A stretch of 64,000 bases of DNA. It comes from Felis catus (taxonomy: Eukaryota). Shown one piece after another: positions 11,831 through 23,595 of the stretch. The notes under the pieces were generated by a model. That model had not been told where the DNA came from and ran no database searches. It was given only the letters and a program-made list of their open reading frames with translations. The stretch spans positions 167,650,001 to 167,714,000 of the forward strand of contig NC_058368.1 in the NCBI RefSeq assembly GCF_018350175.1, written 5' to 3'. Position numbers and translations under genes: made by a program. Position 1 is the stretch's first letter, and every line of letters begins with the position of its first letter.

Positions 11831-12869
11831 TTCCCCAGTCCACCTTAAAATTACTTGAATTTAATTTTAAATGGGTACAATCTACATTTAAATAATCAAA
11901 CCCAGCTGAGTCTGGATCTTTTGGGATAGACTAATCTCTCCCTCTTCCTCCCTACCCCCCCTTAAATATGTGTATATATACACACAAACATATACGCATC
12001 ATACATGTGCTCACATATACACAATTAGAAAATATTACAAAGCTGCAATATGTTTATGAGAAAAATTAATGAAAAGACCCCTAAGTTTTAGGTCACTAGT
12101 TGATAAAAACAATTATCAATTGCTTTTAACTGATACAGGAGCAACAAACAATAAATGTTATGTCACTTCCCGAATATTGTATTTATTGTGCATAGGTAAA
12201 ATCATATGATCTTATAGTGTTTACTATAGCTTATTCAGTGTATATCACAGAGATAAACAGTTTGGTACTGATGCCATAAATATATTTATAGAAATTATTT
12301 TGTCCACATATTTTTGCACTCATTGAAACAATAGTGACTCATATTTTTTTGTGGATGGGCTCATTCTTAGACCATATTTGGTTTGAGCATTGAGTAAGTT
12401 GTAGAGCCTGAGGGAACAGCTTGGGGTGTTCAAGGTTAATGGAGGTTGCTTAAGGGTATTTAAATTTGATCAAGGAATGTATATAGCTTTCCATGTCCTT
12501 TCCAAAGAGCTTCCCTGAAGTGTTTTTCACACCTGTCAATCAACCAACCAATGTCCAATCAGGTAGGAAGATAGGTATCCCAGAAAAGGAGAAAAAAAAG
12601 TAAACATAAATGTAAAAAATGTAAACAAAATGTAAACAAAAAAATGTAAACAAAAGTGATTTGAGGTTTCTTTAGAAAGACAGAATTCAGTATTTTCATG
12701 GGCATGGGTTTTTTTTTTTTTATCTCATCAATTCATAAAAATTTTTGAGCTGGAAAGAATCTTAGAGCTGGAAATCTTTGAGCTAGACTCATCTAGCTCA
12801 GTGATTACACAGTTGTGGTCTAAAAAATTATAAAGGGAGTCTGTGCAGCAATTTAAAATTTTAAATTTG

Positions 12870-13618
12870 TAGTTGGGTGAATTTCAGTTAAATATGTGGA
12901 TTGAACATGTTTTTACATCAAATTCCTCCATAAATCTTGTAAAGATTACAACAAAGATATTTAAAAGAACAAAGAGAATGTGAGAGAAGACAGTAGCTAA
13001 AGAGACATGTCTACACATTTTTTGGAAGATGAAAGTAAATGTATGGTAACTGAATGAGTTGAACAGTGAAAGCTAATAATAGCTAACGATTTTCAAGCAC
13101 TTATCATGTGCTAAGCATTATTGTAAAAGCTTCACATAATTTAATTCAGTTAACTCTCACAACAACACTGTGAGGTAAGTAGCATTATTCTCTCCATTTA
13201 ACAGGTGATGACTCTGAGGCAGAGTGGGCTCATAAGAAAGCTGTTAAGTGGTAGAAACTAGCAGATAAAGCCAGAGGATCTAACTTCCACAACTGTGCAC
13301 AGGGGAAGATCAATGACAAGCAAGACAAACTGACCCACCAAAGCCTATTGACTGGTTGAAAGACTAGAGACAAAACACTTAGAACACTGGCTCCCCTTTA
13401 CTTTTCCAAGTAAAAGGAGATTTTAAACATCCAACTAGGTCAGAAGATTGAAGAATTCTTAAAGGCAGAAACTGAATGTCCTTGAAAAAATACAATAACT
13501 AACGTTGTAGGTTCCCATGAAAAGCCAGATAGTCACCCAATATCACACAGTGGTGCCTGTCTACAATCCCACCCATGTACGGAGAGCTTACAGTCAGATT
13601 TTACTGCATCACTCTTGA
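12870..13618 (+). mobile_element. Ancient L1/HAL1-like 5' region, interrupted by a MIR; probably resumes ~15870-16200
   Basis: A-rich 5'-type sequence; tcagattttactgcatcactctt appears to continue as aagatcatgacacatttgaagaaa after the inserted L1. Confidence 0.4.
13075..13290 (-). mobile_element. MIR
   Basis: aagcacttatcatgtgctaagc...aacactgtgaggtaagtagcattattctctccatttaacaggtgatgactctgaggc. Confidence 0.8.
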
Positions 13619-13692
13619 TGTTTGTTTCTGTTGACTGTCTTATCTCTTGCTAATAGGTCGCTTTTCCCTTGCTTTTTAGTGTTCTCATTTTT

Positions 13693-14093
13693 TAAAAATT
13701 TTATTTATTTTGAGGGGTGCATGGGTGGCTCAGTTGGTTAAGCGTCCGACTCTTGATTTCAGCACAGGTCATGATCTCATGATCATTACATACAGCCCCA
13801 AGTGGAGCCTGCTTAAGATCCTCTTTTTCTTTCCCTCTGCCACTCCCCCATGTACCTTCTCTCTCTCAAAAAAATAAAATAAAACAATAAAATAAATAAA
13901 AGCTTATTTATTTTGAGAGAGAAAGAATGCATGTGTGGGGGAGGGGCAGAGAGAGAAAGGGAGAGAGAGAATCCCAAGCAGGCTCCATGCTGTCAGAGAC
14001 CAATGCAGAGCTCAACCTCATGAACCATGAGATCATGACCTGACCAGAACTCAAGAGTCGTATACTTAACCAACTGAGCCACCCAGGCACCTC
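13693..14093 (-). mobile_element. CanSINE whose tail is split by a second, opposite-strand SINE
   Basis: Body 13905-14093; outer TSD agtgttctcattttt / agtgtctcattttt. Confidence 0.85.
13714..13897 (+). mobile_element. CanSINE nested in the tail of the previous SINE
   Basis: TSD aaaattttatttattttga (13695-13713) / aaaagcttatttattttga (13898-13916). Confidence 0.9.
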
Positions 14094-14272
14094 AGTGTCT
14101 CATTTTTGACTGAGTGCAGCACAGTATGTGCAGAAGACCAATGGACACCGAAAACAATTTTGTTTGAATACCCATGTGGGAAAAAAACCTGAACATTGAC
14201 TCCTACCTAATACCACACACAAAATTAATTAAAGGTGGATTACAGACCTAAATTTAAAATAATTAAGCTTTT

Positions 14273-14514
14273 TTAAAAAATTTTGTTTATTTTTATTTTT
14301 TTTAATTTTTTTTTTTTAACATTTATTTATTTTTGAGACAGAGAGAGAGCATGAACAGGGGAGGGTCAGAGAAAGAGGGAGACACAGAATCTGAAACAGG
14401 TTCCAGGCTCTGAGCTGTCAGCACAGAGCCCAATGCGGGGCTCAAACCCAGACCGCGAGATCATGACCTGAGCCAAAGTTGGTCGCCTAACCGACTGAGC
14501 CACCCAGGCGCCCC
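14273..14514 (-). mobile_element. Felid SINE
   Basis: Canonical body ending cacccaggcgcccc; taagctttt TSD core on both sides. Confidence 0.92.
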
Positions 14515-14976
14515 ACAAATAAGCTTTTAAAAGTGAAACAAAAATATATTCATGAACTTATAGTAGCAAAGATATCTTAAAAAGCACAAAAGGCCTTAAT
14601 CCAAAAAAAAAAAAACAAACCAGATTGATCTATTAGAATTCATCAAAATTAAGGAACTTGGTTCATCAAGAAACACCATTAAGAGAGTGAAAGATAAAGA
14701 CACAAACAGGAAGAATATATCTGTATACGGATATCTGACAAAATACTTACAAGAGCATGCAAAAAACCTCCTTCAAACAAATAAAAGACAACCTAATGTA
14801 AAAATTAAGTGAAAACGTGGAAACAAACATCACAAAAGCACATATCCAAATATCCAATAAACATAGGAAAAAACATTCAGTATCACCAGTCACCAGGGAT
14901 ACGTAACTTAAAATGACAATGGGGAATCACTGTAAAACCACCAAAATGGCTTACATTAAAAAGACTGACTATATAA

Positions 14977-15190
14977 GTGGTGTCCGGGTGGCTTAGTTGC
15001 TTAAGCATCTGACTCTTGATTTCGGCTCAGGTCACGATCTCAGGGTTTGTGAGCTCAAGCCCTGCATGGGCTCTGTGCTAACAGCATGGAGCCTGCTTGG
15101 GATTCTCTGTCTCCTTGCTCTCTGCCCCCCACCCCCACTATCTCTCTCTCTCTCTCTCTCTCAAAAACAAATAAATACACATTAAAAAAC
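14977..15190 (+). mobile_element. CanSINE
   Basis: (CT)n and A-tail; TSD aaaaagactgactatat / aaaaagactaactgtat. Confidence 0.9.
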
Positions 15191-16649
15191 AAAAAGACTA
15201 ACTGTATCAAATTTTGGTAAGGATTATGAGCAATTTGAACTTGTTGAACTTGTTGACACAAGTATAAATTGATGCAACCAGTTGGGAAAACTGTTTTGTT
15301 GTACCTACTAAAGCTAAATACATACCTATTCTACAAGTCAGCAATTTTACTCCTAGGCATATATCCCAAAGCAGTGGGTTTATATGTCTACCAAAATACA
15401 TGTAAAAGAATATTCATAGAAGCTTTATTCACAGTAGCCTCAAATTGGAAATAATCAAAATACATATTTGTGAGAAAATGGATTTAAAAACTGTAGTAAA
15501 TTTATATGGTAGAATAGTAAACAGTTATTTAAAAAGTTTTAAAAGAAGAATAAATTACTATATGGAACAAAATCAATAAACCTCACAGGTAATATTTTTG
15601 GTAAAATGCAGATATAAAAACATACATACTGCATCATTCAATTTATATGAAGTTCAAATACAGTACAAAGTACCTATGGTATTAGTAGTTAGAATTAGCA
15701 GTCAGGGGAGTCTTATCTGTGGTACTGAAAATGCTCTATACCATGACCATGTGTTAGTTACATGAATTCGTACTTGTAAAAATTCATCAAGTTGTACATT
15801 TAATATCAGCGCACATTACTGAATACACATTATTCTCAATGACAAAAATGTGAGTTTTTTTTTTTAAAAAAGTGTCATCTAAGATCATGACACATTTGAA
15901 GAAAATCTGTAAAACAGAACAAAATGAAACAAAACAGACTACATTCTTTCCGGAGAGTTAGGAGGATATATTCATCTATGAAATAGAAAGCAGGAATTAA
16001 ACACAAACAAAAAACTTAAGAAAAAAAAAAACAGAGAACAAGAAATAGTCTTTGAGAAAAAAAATAAGTAAAAGGTAAAAATTCCATAGAAAATAAAGTC
16101 AGCAAAATAAAGTCTAGATAATTAAGGAAATTATCTAGAAAACAACAAAAAATTGGGAGATAGTCAATAAAAGTTAAAAGATGTTTAAACAACTTAGTCA
16201 TTCTAGGCAAATGTGCTCATTGAGGCCACAATGGTCCTTGCCTTCCATAATTTCGGTCTAATCCTGGGAAGAACCTGGGCACATTCTGTAACAAGGCTGT
16301 TCAGTGACTGCAACACTTTTTTGTGTGTGTGTATGAGATCACTTATTTATGTCAACTCATCTTGGTAACAACTATTTCCTCATGAAATATGATCGGCAAC
16401 GATAATTTTTTGAAGAAAATTGAGAAGACACATGAATTAACCTTTACTTAATTTTATTTGGTAGATGAAACATTTCAAAACGTGAGATCTATCTGAGAGA
16501 AAGAGAATAATAAATATGGTCCCTAGTGGTTAAAACACAACAAAACAGTTAGAGACAGGTAGGAATAGTTCCACACAGTTCTTTTGATATATCACAGTAC
16601 TTTTTTATCATGTAAGCCTCTGTTTTATCCATTTTAGAATATTGTATGT

Positions 16650-17469
16650 GATCACTGCAAAATAATTTCTGCTTTCCCATTTCCTTAGATAAATCACGTA
16701 CATTGTAGAAAATTTGGATAATACTGTAAGACACAAATAGAAAAATCAACCGTGACTATTCTGCACAGAGATAAGCACTATTGATACTCAGTTAAAATTC
16801 TTAAAGTCTTTTATCTTTCTCTTTCACCATAAATACATTTTGGGGGACAAGACTGAGATCATATTATACATATAAGCTTGAGCCTTTTTTTCATGTAATA
16901 ACATATTGTGGTCATCTTCCTATATATTTTTTTAATTCATAATATGTCATCATATAGATGGCCCATGATTTATTTATCATTATCTTTTTGTTGGGCATTT
17001 AGTTTGTTTGAATTTAAAAATATTATCAGTGCTACAAATTATGATAATAACATAAAACATTTGTACATTTTTAAGGCATCTGATTCTTATTGCCAAATTG
17101 CCTTTTAGAAATGTTATCTAAATTTACATTCACATTAGGCACTGAGTGAAGTGTCTTTTTCATTGAGTCCTAGCCAAATCTGGAAATGCCCATTTTTATA
17201 AAACCTTCAACAATCAAAAGGGAAAAAAATTAACACTGCTTTTTAAGTTTGAATTTCTGCTTATAACATCGTTGAACATCTCTTCAAGTGATTATCAGCA
17301 TTTTTGTTTTCCTCTTTTCTGAGTTGCCCATTCATGATATTTTCCCCAAGTTTCCTCATGTGAGGGTTTTTTCTTCTTTTTCTTTCTCTCTTTCTCTCTT
17401 TGTTTTTTTTTTTTTTAGACAGAGAGTGTGTGTGTGCAAGTGACCGAGGGGCAGAGAGAGAGAGAGAGG

Positions 17470-17507
<38 letters not shown>

Positions 17508-17740
17508 TGGGGCTCACCCAGGGCTTGTGTTTTTACCCAAAGTGGGGCTCATGCTCACCTGATGTAGGACTTGACTCACCAACTGTGAGATCATGACCTG
17601 AACCCAAGTCAGATGCTTAATGACTCAACCACCCAGGCACCTTCTTCTTTTTCTTCTTAATATGTAAGAGCTTTAATAAGTTAAAGCTACTAAGATAAAT
17701 AATGTCTAAATGTTTTTTCTCTTTTGGTGTTGCTTTTCTT
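16650..17740 (-). mobile_element. Ancient L1 (L1ME-like) 3' end, antisense
   Basis: gttgggcatttagtttgtt, tattgccaaattgccttttagaaatgttatctaaatttacattc. Confidence 0.65.
17380..17642 (-). mobile_element. Felid SINE variant with internal repeated ggggctca units (SINEC_Fc3-like)
   Basis: (GA)n, repeated ggggctcacc/ggggctcatg units, end acccaggcacc. Confidence 0.85.
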
Positions 17741-18839
17741 TGTTTGACAAATTATGCACGTTTGCATGAAGTAACATTTATGAATGGAAAGGTAAGTGGA
17801 AGAACAGGGTCAAAGGAATTGACAACCTGTACTACCGTAAGCATGGCTACATTTGAAAAGCATAGCTAACAATGGCATTGGCAAATCTAGAAGGGGAAGA
17901 AGACTGGAATAAAATGGTTCTTGTGGATGAGATGTATTTTGGGGAGTTTCCCATATATTTGTATTATGTAAGCAGAGCATTAACAAGATAAAGTTTCTCT
18001 CGAAAATCTACTCAGAAGTTAATTCTTCAAACCACAATGGAAATCTTTCTTTTGCAGAATGAATAAGTCTTTTGGCTAAACATGGATAAAAGCTTTTGCT
18101 CAATGTGGCATAATAACTCTAGTAGGCTCACAGCAGCAAAGCTAAGTCTGTCTTGAAGTGTCTTATTACAATAAAATAAAATTTAACCTCTTAAACCCAA
18201 GACATAAATCACTCACTTTTCTTTTCTTTAAAACAATTTGTGAGTATATTATCATAAATGCTACCTGTCACAAGACTGATAGCTGTCAGTAGCTGAAAAA
18301 TATGAATAACATCGAAAATGCATTTGAATATGAAAACCATGATAGCATTTTGTAGAGAGGTGACAATAATAAGAGGTTATGGCAGACAAGAAAAATTTTC
18401 AGGAATCGGGAAATCAAGAAAGGTTTCTTCAGATTAAATAAGTTCCTAAATCAGTCTCGCCAGAATGGTATTTCACCAAATTTAACAGTCAATAAAATAC
18501 TTACTGGCTTTTCGTAGTTGGTAGCAATGGCAAATTGAGTTTACCTTGTGAATTTTTATATTAAATCTATGCATCAAGTTGCAGAGCATAATTTCAAAAC
18601 TGCACAATCTGAGTTTATATAGCTTTCCAAATGATATCTGAAACAGTCATTAATATTTCTCCAAAAATGTAAAAATAAGCTCACCTGAATTTTAAAATGT
18701 ACTTTTAATCATTAACTAAGATGAGTAAACCTAGATGCCTTTTGAAAGATTCATCTCAATGTATTTCAGATAAAAGAAGTTTTATCCAAATTTCAGAACT
18801 CAATTTGTATCTCTTTTGCATTTTCTGATTTAAAAAACA

Positions 18840-19115
18840 GTATTACATGCAACTACTTGGATTTATCTCAAGGGTATTATGCTAAGGGGGAAAAAAGCCA
18901 ATCTCAAAAGGTTATATACTTTATGATTCTATTAATAGAATATCCTTACCATGACAAACTATGGAGATTAATGGTTGTCAGGGGATGGGGTGGAGGTGGG
19001 TGTGACTAATAAAGGGAGAGCATAAGGGAGTTCCTTTGTGTTGCTGAAACAGTTTTGTATTTTGATGTGGTACTAGTTACAGAAATCTTTACATGGGATA
19101 AAACTGCATGGAACA

Positions 19116-19156
<41 letters not shown>

Positions 19157-19365
19157 TAAGTACATATAAAAACCGGTGACAACGGAACAAAGTCTACAGT
19201 CTTGACTAGTATTGTAATCAGGTCAGTTTTCTGGCTTTGATATTGTACTACAGCTATATAAGATGTCACTATTGTGAGAAACTGGGTGAAGGGTTCATTG
19301 GACCCTGTATTTTAATTCTGCCATTTCCTGTGAGTCTAATTATTTAAAAATAAAAAGGTTTTTCT
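18840..19365 (+). mobile_element. Old L1 (L1MC/MD-like) 3' UTR with (CA)n at 19118-19154
   Basis: ctcaagggtattatgcta...agccaatctcaaaaggttatatac; aactgggtgaaggg; aaaataaaaagg. Confidence 0.8.
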
Positions 19366-20095
19366 TAAAACATGACTTCTACTCACCCACATTTTAACCT
19401 TATATAGGCAATTGTCAGAAATGAAGCAAATCAGAACTCTTAGCAGCCAAATTATGCCAGAAAATTCATGCACTAACAGTAACTCATTTTACTTATTAGA
19501 GAGTTCCTCAGGTTCTCATTCAGTGCCTACTTGTTCTTATTTCAAACACATTTCTAATATATTTGGTAACTGCTTTCCACAACTACAGCAGATACATTCA
19601 TTCAATCAGCCATTCATTTATTCATGTATTTATGTTTAAACATTCACAATATCTTGCTGATTGTGCCAAGTAATGTGATAAGCCAGATGTTCTGATGAGT
19701 TATATGATTTCTGTCCCCAAGGAGTTATGGCTTAGAGTAGTGATTTCCACAAAAAGATATGGAGAGGGATGAGGGAATATATATCAAAAAGTTATAGGCT
19801 TTTCAAAATATACACTATTCTATCCTCCAAATTCTTATGTAGCCCTTAGAAAGATAACATCCTACTTCCTAGAACACAGGAAAGACGATAAACAGGAAGA
19901 GGGGAGGGGTGAAGATAGATAGGACAAGATCAGCAACAATCTTATTATAGGTTGGAGCTTTGGACTTTACCTTTAAGACAAGGAAGTGTTATTAAAGGGT
20001 TTTAGGGAATGGGTTGGGGGTGAGTAATCAAATTTAGTTTTTTTCTAAGACTGCGTAAGTCTAGAGGATGGATGACTAGTTAAGAAACTGTTGCA

Positions 20096-20324
20096 GGGGC
20101 ACCTGAGTGGCTCAGTCAGTTAAGTGTCCGACTTCGGCTCAGGTCATCATCTTGGGGTCTCTGAGTTCAAGCCCCATGTCAGGCTCTGTGCTGACAGCTC
20201 AGAGCCTGGAGCCTGCTTCGATTCTGCATCTCTCTCTCTCTCTCTCTCTTTCTCTCTGTCTCTCTCTCTCTCGCTTCTCCTCCAGTCATGCTCTGTCTCT
20301 TTCTCTCAAAAATAAATAAAACAT
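20096..20324 (+). mobile_element. Felid SINE, first of a head-to-tail pair
   Basis: Outer TSD gaaactgttgca at 20084-20095 and 20636-20647. Confidence 0.92.
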
Positions 20325-20325
20325 A

Positions 20326-20535
20326 GGGACACCTGGATGGCTCAGTCGGTTAAGCGGCTGACTTTGGCTCAGGCCATGATCTCATGGTCTGTGAGTTTGA
20401 GCCCTGCATCGGGTTCTGTGCTGACAGCTCAGAGCCTGGAAACTGCTTTGGATTCTGTGTCTCCCTCTCTCTCTGCCCATCTCCCACTCATGGTTTGTCT
20501 CTCTCACTCTCAAAAATAAATAAACATAAAAAAAT
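20326..20535 (+). mobile_element. Felid SINE inserted in the A-tail of the previous SINE
   Basis: aaaaataaataaaacat is duplicated on both sides. Confidence 0.9.
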
Positions 20536-20575
20536 AAAAATAAATAAAACATTAAGAAAAAATTTTTTAAAAGAA

Positions 20576-20583
20576 TATATATA

Positions 20584-20634
<51 letters not shown>
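20576..20634. repeat. Compound (TG)n(TA)n microsatellite
   Basis: Read directly; lies inside the outer SINE TSD. Confidence 0.95.
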
Positions 20635-20636
<2 letters not shown>

Positions 20637-20954
20637 AAACTGTTGCAATAATTTTGAGATAATTGAATAATGGTATTGGGATAAAGACAAGTAGACAAAT
20701 TTTGAATTCATTAGGAGGATGAATTCACAGGACTTGGTGAGCAATTATTCCTCGTATCCACAGAAATGGGGGTAGCCAAAGATGATCCAAAGGTGAGTGT
20801 CTTCATGAGGAGCTTGGAGCAAAGGGGATTTACTAAATGATTGGCATACACATATTACATTTAATGGTACAGTTTAGAGGAAATTGGGACATAAAAGATC
20901 TTTCAGGGGAAAGATCTGGACTAGAGATATGTCACTGCAGAGTTAACAGTCAAT

Positions 20955-21335
20955 GGGTCAGTTAGAATCACATGAGGAGCTTTGAAAAAGACCCATGCAG
21001 GTCCTCCACCTCAGGCTTAGTGAAGCCTTGACAGTGGGGGGTACAAGCACTGATTTAAAAAGAATGTGCAAGAGTCCCAGGTAATTGTAATTTACAGCCA
21101 CTGCTATGGATGGTAATTAAACCTACTAGATGAATGAGATCACCCAAAGACACTATAGCCTCTCAACCTTGGCTACATAATGGAATCACTTGAAAAGCTC
21201 TAAAAATTATTACTGTCTAATTTTCCTCCCTAGAGAATCTGATTTAATTGGTTTGCCTATAGCCTGGGAATCAGGATTTGTAAAAACAAACTTTCACTAG
21301 TGATTATAATAATAATGAAGGTTGTCAACTGCTAA
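20955..21335. mobile_element. Two degraded MER5-like MITEs (~20955-21105 and ~21155-21335)
   Basis: ttagaatcac...agctttgaaaaa; tctcaaccttggctac...agagaatctgatttaattggt. Confidence 0.6.
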
Positions 21336-21376
21336 TATACACATAGAAAAGAAAAGAGCCAAGGTCAAAATGCCAC

Positions 21377-21612
21377 TGCTGTGGACTGAATCCTGTGCCC
21401 TCCCTAAGCCATTCATATGTTGAAGCCCTGACCTCCAGTGTGACTGCATTTAAAGACAAGACCTATAAGAAGGAATTAATGTTAAATGAGGTCAAAGGGG
21501 TGGGGCGCTGATCCAATAGGATCAGTGTCCTAAAATGACTCACTGGAAATAACACCGTGCTTGGGCAAATGCTCCTTGGATGGCCTCGAGCACTTGAGCA
21601 GGCTCTCTCTCG

Positions 21613-21651
<39 letters not shown>

Positions 21652-22047
21652 CCCCTATCCTGTCCTCCTTCCCCTCTCCCTCCCTCTTCCCTCTCTTTCC
21701 TCCTCCTTTCCACTCCCTTCCTCCCTTTTGTCTCTCCCAGCCATGTGAGAGCACAATGAGAAGGCAGCTGTCTAAAAGCCAGGAAGAGAGGCTCACCACA
21801 AAGCAAATTGGCCAGTACCTTGATCTTGGACTTCCCAGCCTCTAGAATCGTGAAAAATTAAATATCTGTTCTTTATTATTATTAGTTTTAAGTAAGCTCT
21901 ACACCCAACATGGGGCTTGAACTCACAATCCTGATATCAAGAGTTGTAAACTCTACCAACCAAGCCAGCCAGGCACCCCTAAATTTCTATTCTTTAAATC
22001 ACTCAGTGTATGCTGTTTTGTTATGGCAGCCTGAGCTTATTAAGACA
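21377..22047 (+). mobile_element. MaLR LTR (MLT1A/B-like) with (CT)n expansion and inserted short SINE
   Basis: tgctgtggactgaat...atatgttgaagccct; gatcttggacttcccagcctctagaa; ends ttatggcagcctgagc...taagaca. Confidence 0.88.
21876..21979 (-). mobile_element. Short old carnivore SINE (SINEC_old-like)
   Basis: aagtaagctctacacccaacatggggcttgaactc...ccaggcacccc; TSD taaatatctgttcttta / taaatttctattcttta. Confidence 0.85.
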
Positions 22048-23045
22048 TACTGTGGTACTGAGAAAAGAGGTGTTGCTACAAGAAATACCTAAAAATGTGA
22101 ATATGGCTTTGGAATTGGGTAATAGATAAGAGGTTGGAGGAGTTTGGGAACGTATGCTAATAAAAGCCTAGATTTCTAGAAACAGAATGTTGGTAGGAAG
22201 AGAGATATTAAAGGCCGTTCATTCTGGTGAAATCTCAGACGGGAATGAGGACCAGGTTATTGGAAACTGGAAGAAAGGTGAATTTTGTATAGAGTGGCAG
22301 ATAACTTACCTGAATTGTGTTCTAGTGTTTTGTGGAAGGTAGAAATTATGAGTACAGGAACTGAATATTTAGCTTTGGAGATTTCTAAGCAAAGTTTTGA
22401 AGTAATAACTTGGTTTTTCCTGAGTGCTTATAATAAAATGAGAGAAAAAGAAGTGAATTGAAGAGAGAATTATTAAGCAAAAGAAAACCCCGAATTTGAT
22501 GATTTGGAAAATTCTCACCCTATCCATATGGCAAAAAATGAGAAACGTTGCTCAAAGAGAACACTGAAGGTATGGCTGAACAACAATTTGATAAAAGAGA
22601 TTATGAATGCAACTCGTGGACTTAATTGGACATTTCAGCAGAAGCCAGGGAGAGACATGGGAATATACCAGCAGAGTCATTGCCAGTTTGAACAAAGGGG
22701 ACAGATAAAGTGAGGCAGAATGAAGGGAGGCTGTCAGATTTTGTGGCTTCTACACGATGTGACCACAGAGCTTTTGGGCTCTGAATGGGCACTATTCTTC
22801 AAATAAGGGAAGAATGACCCTAAGGCAATTCAGAGGTCACAGGGCTTCCATTCCCACCATAGGCCCATGGCCAGGGCTGCTTCCCTGTTGGTTTCAGAAG
22901 GCAGGGCTCCCAGTGGACCTAGAAGGGGGGACATGTAGCCAAAGGGGATTAGTCTTGACCCAGAACATCTAACAAATGGAATTTGCCTTGCTAGGTTTGA
23001 GATTTGCTTGGGACTCAGCACCTCTTTCTTCTTTCCTATTTCCTA
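22048..23045 (+). mobile_element. MaLR internal region (MLT1-int), 3' truncated
   Basis: Directly follows the LTR: ggtactgagaa...atacctaaaaatgtg...ggctttggaattgggtaat; aatggaatttgccttgctaggttt. Confidence 0.82.
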
Positions 23046-23556
23046 TCTGTGACAGAAGTAAGATTATAAGGCAAACTACTGACCCCCAAATTGGAGAGAC
23101 AGACAGGAAGGTCAGAGAATCTCAACTTATTGGAGCAGAAACTCATTAACAGAAACCTCAGCAAAACCAATGCCAGGGTAGTAAAACCTAAACTGTAATT
23201 CATGAATTACATGGAGGCCTCATAGAGGCTCAGTGGGGGCAAGTCATTGAGTTAAAAACTCCAGGGAACCCAGTCATAGGTGGTACAACAATTTGGTTTT
23301 GTATCTGTAGGAGTTTTATCAGGTCCTTATAATGAATATCAGAGCAAAATCCCCTTGTGCTTCTGGTAGGGAAAGGGGAAAGGTAACCATTTTGAAACAC
23401 AACAAAACATTCTGTTATTCTTAATGTAACCTGTCCTCTGGAGAAACTATTTTATCAGACCCTAACCTGCTAGGGCATTATCAGAGCCTAACCTATCTGG
23501 GAGAAGGGAAATATCTAACTCCAGCCCCATCTAGCTATCCTGTTCCACAATAGGAG

Positions 23557-23595
<39 letters not shown>

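Larger units (their letters stand above)
14160..15850 (+). mobile_element. Old L1 (L1MB/MC/MD-like) ORF2 end and 3' UTR
   Basis: taccacacacaaaaattaatt, ttactcctaggcatatatcccaa, agctttattcacagtagcc, aaattcatcaagttgtaca. Confidence 0.8.
19590..20940 (-). mobile_element. Fragmented L2 LINE hosting a SINE dimer
   Basis: cattcattcaa tail; tttggactttacc; ggaggatgaattcacaggacttggtga. Confidence 0.55.
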
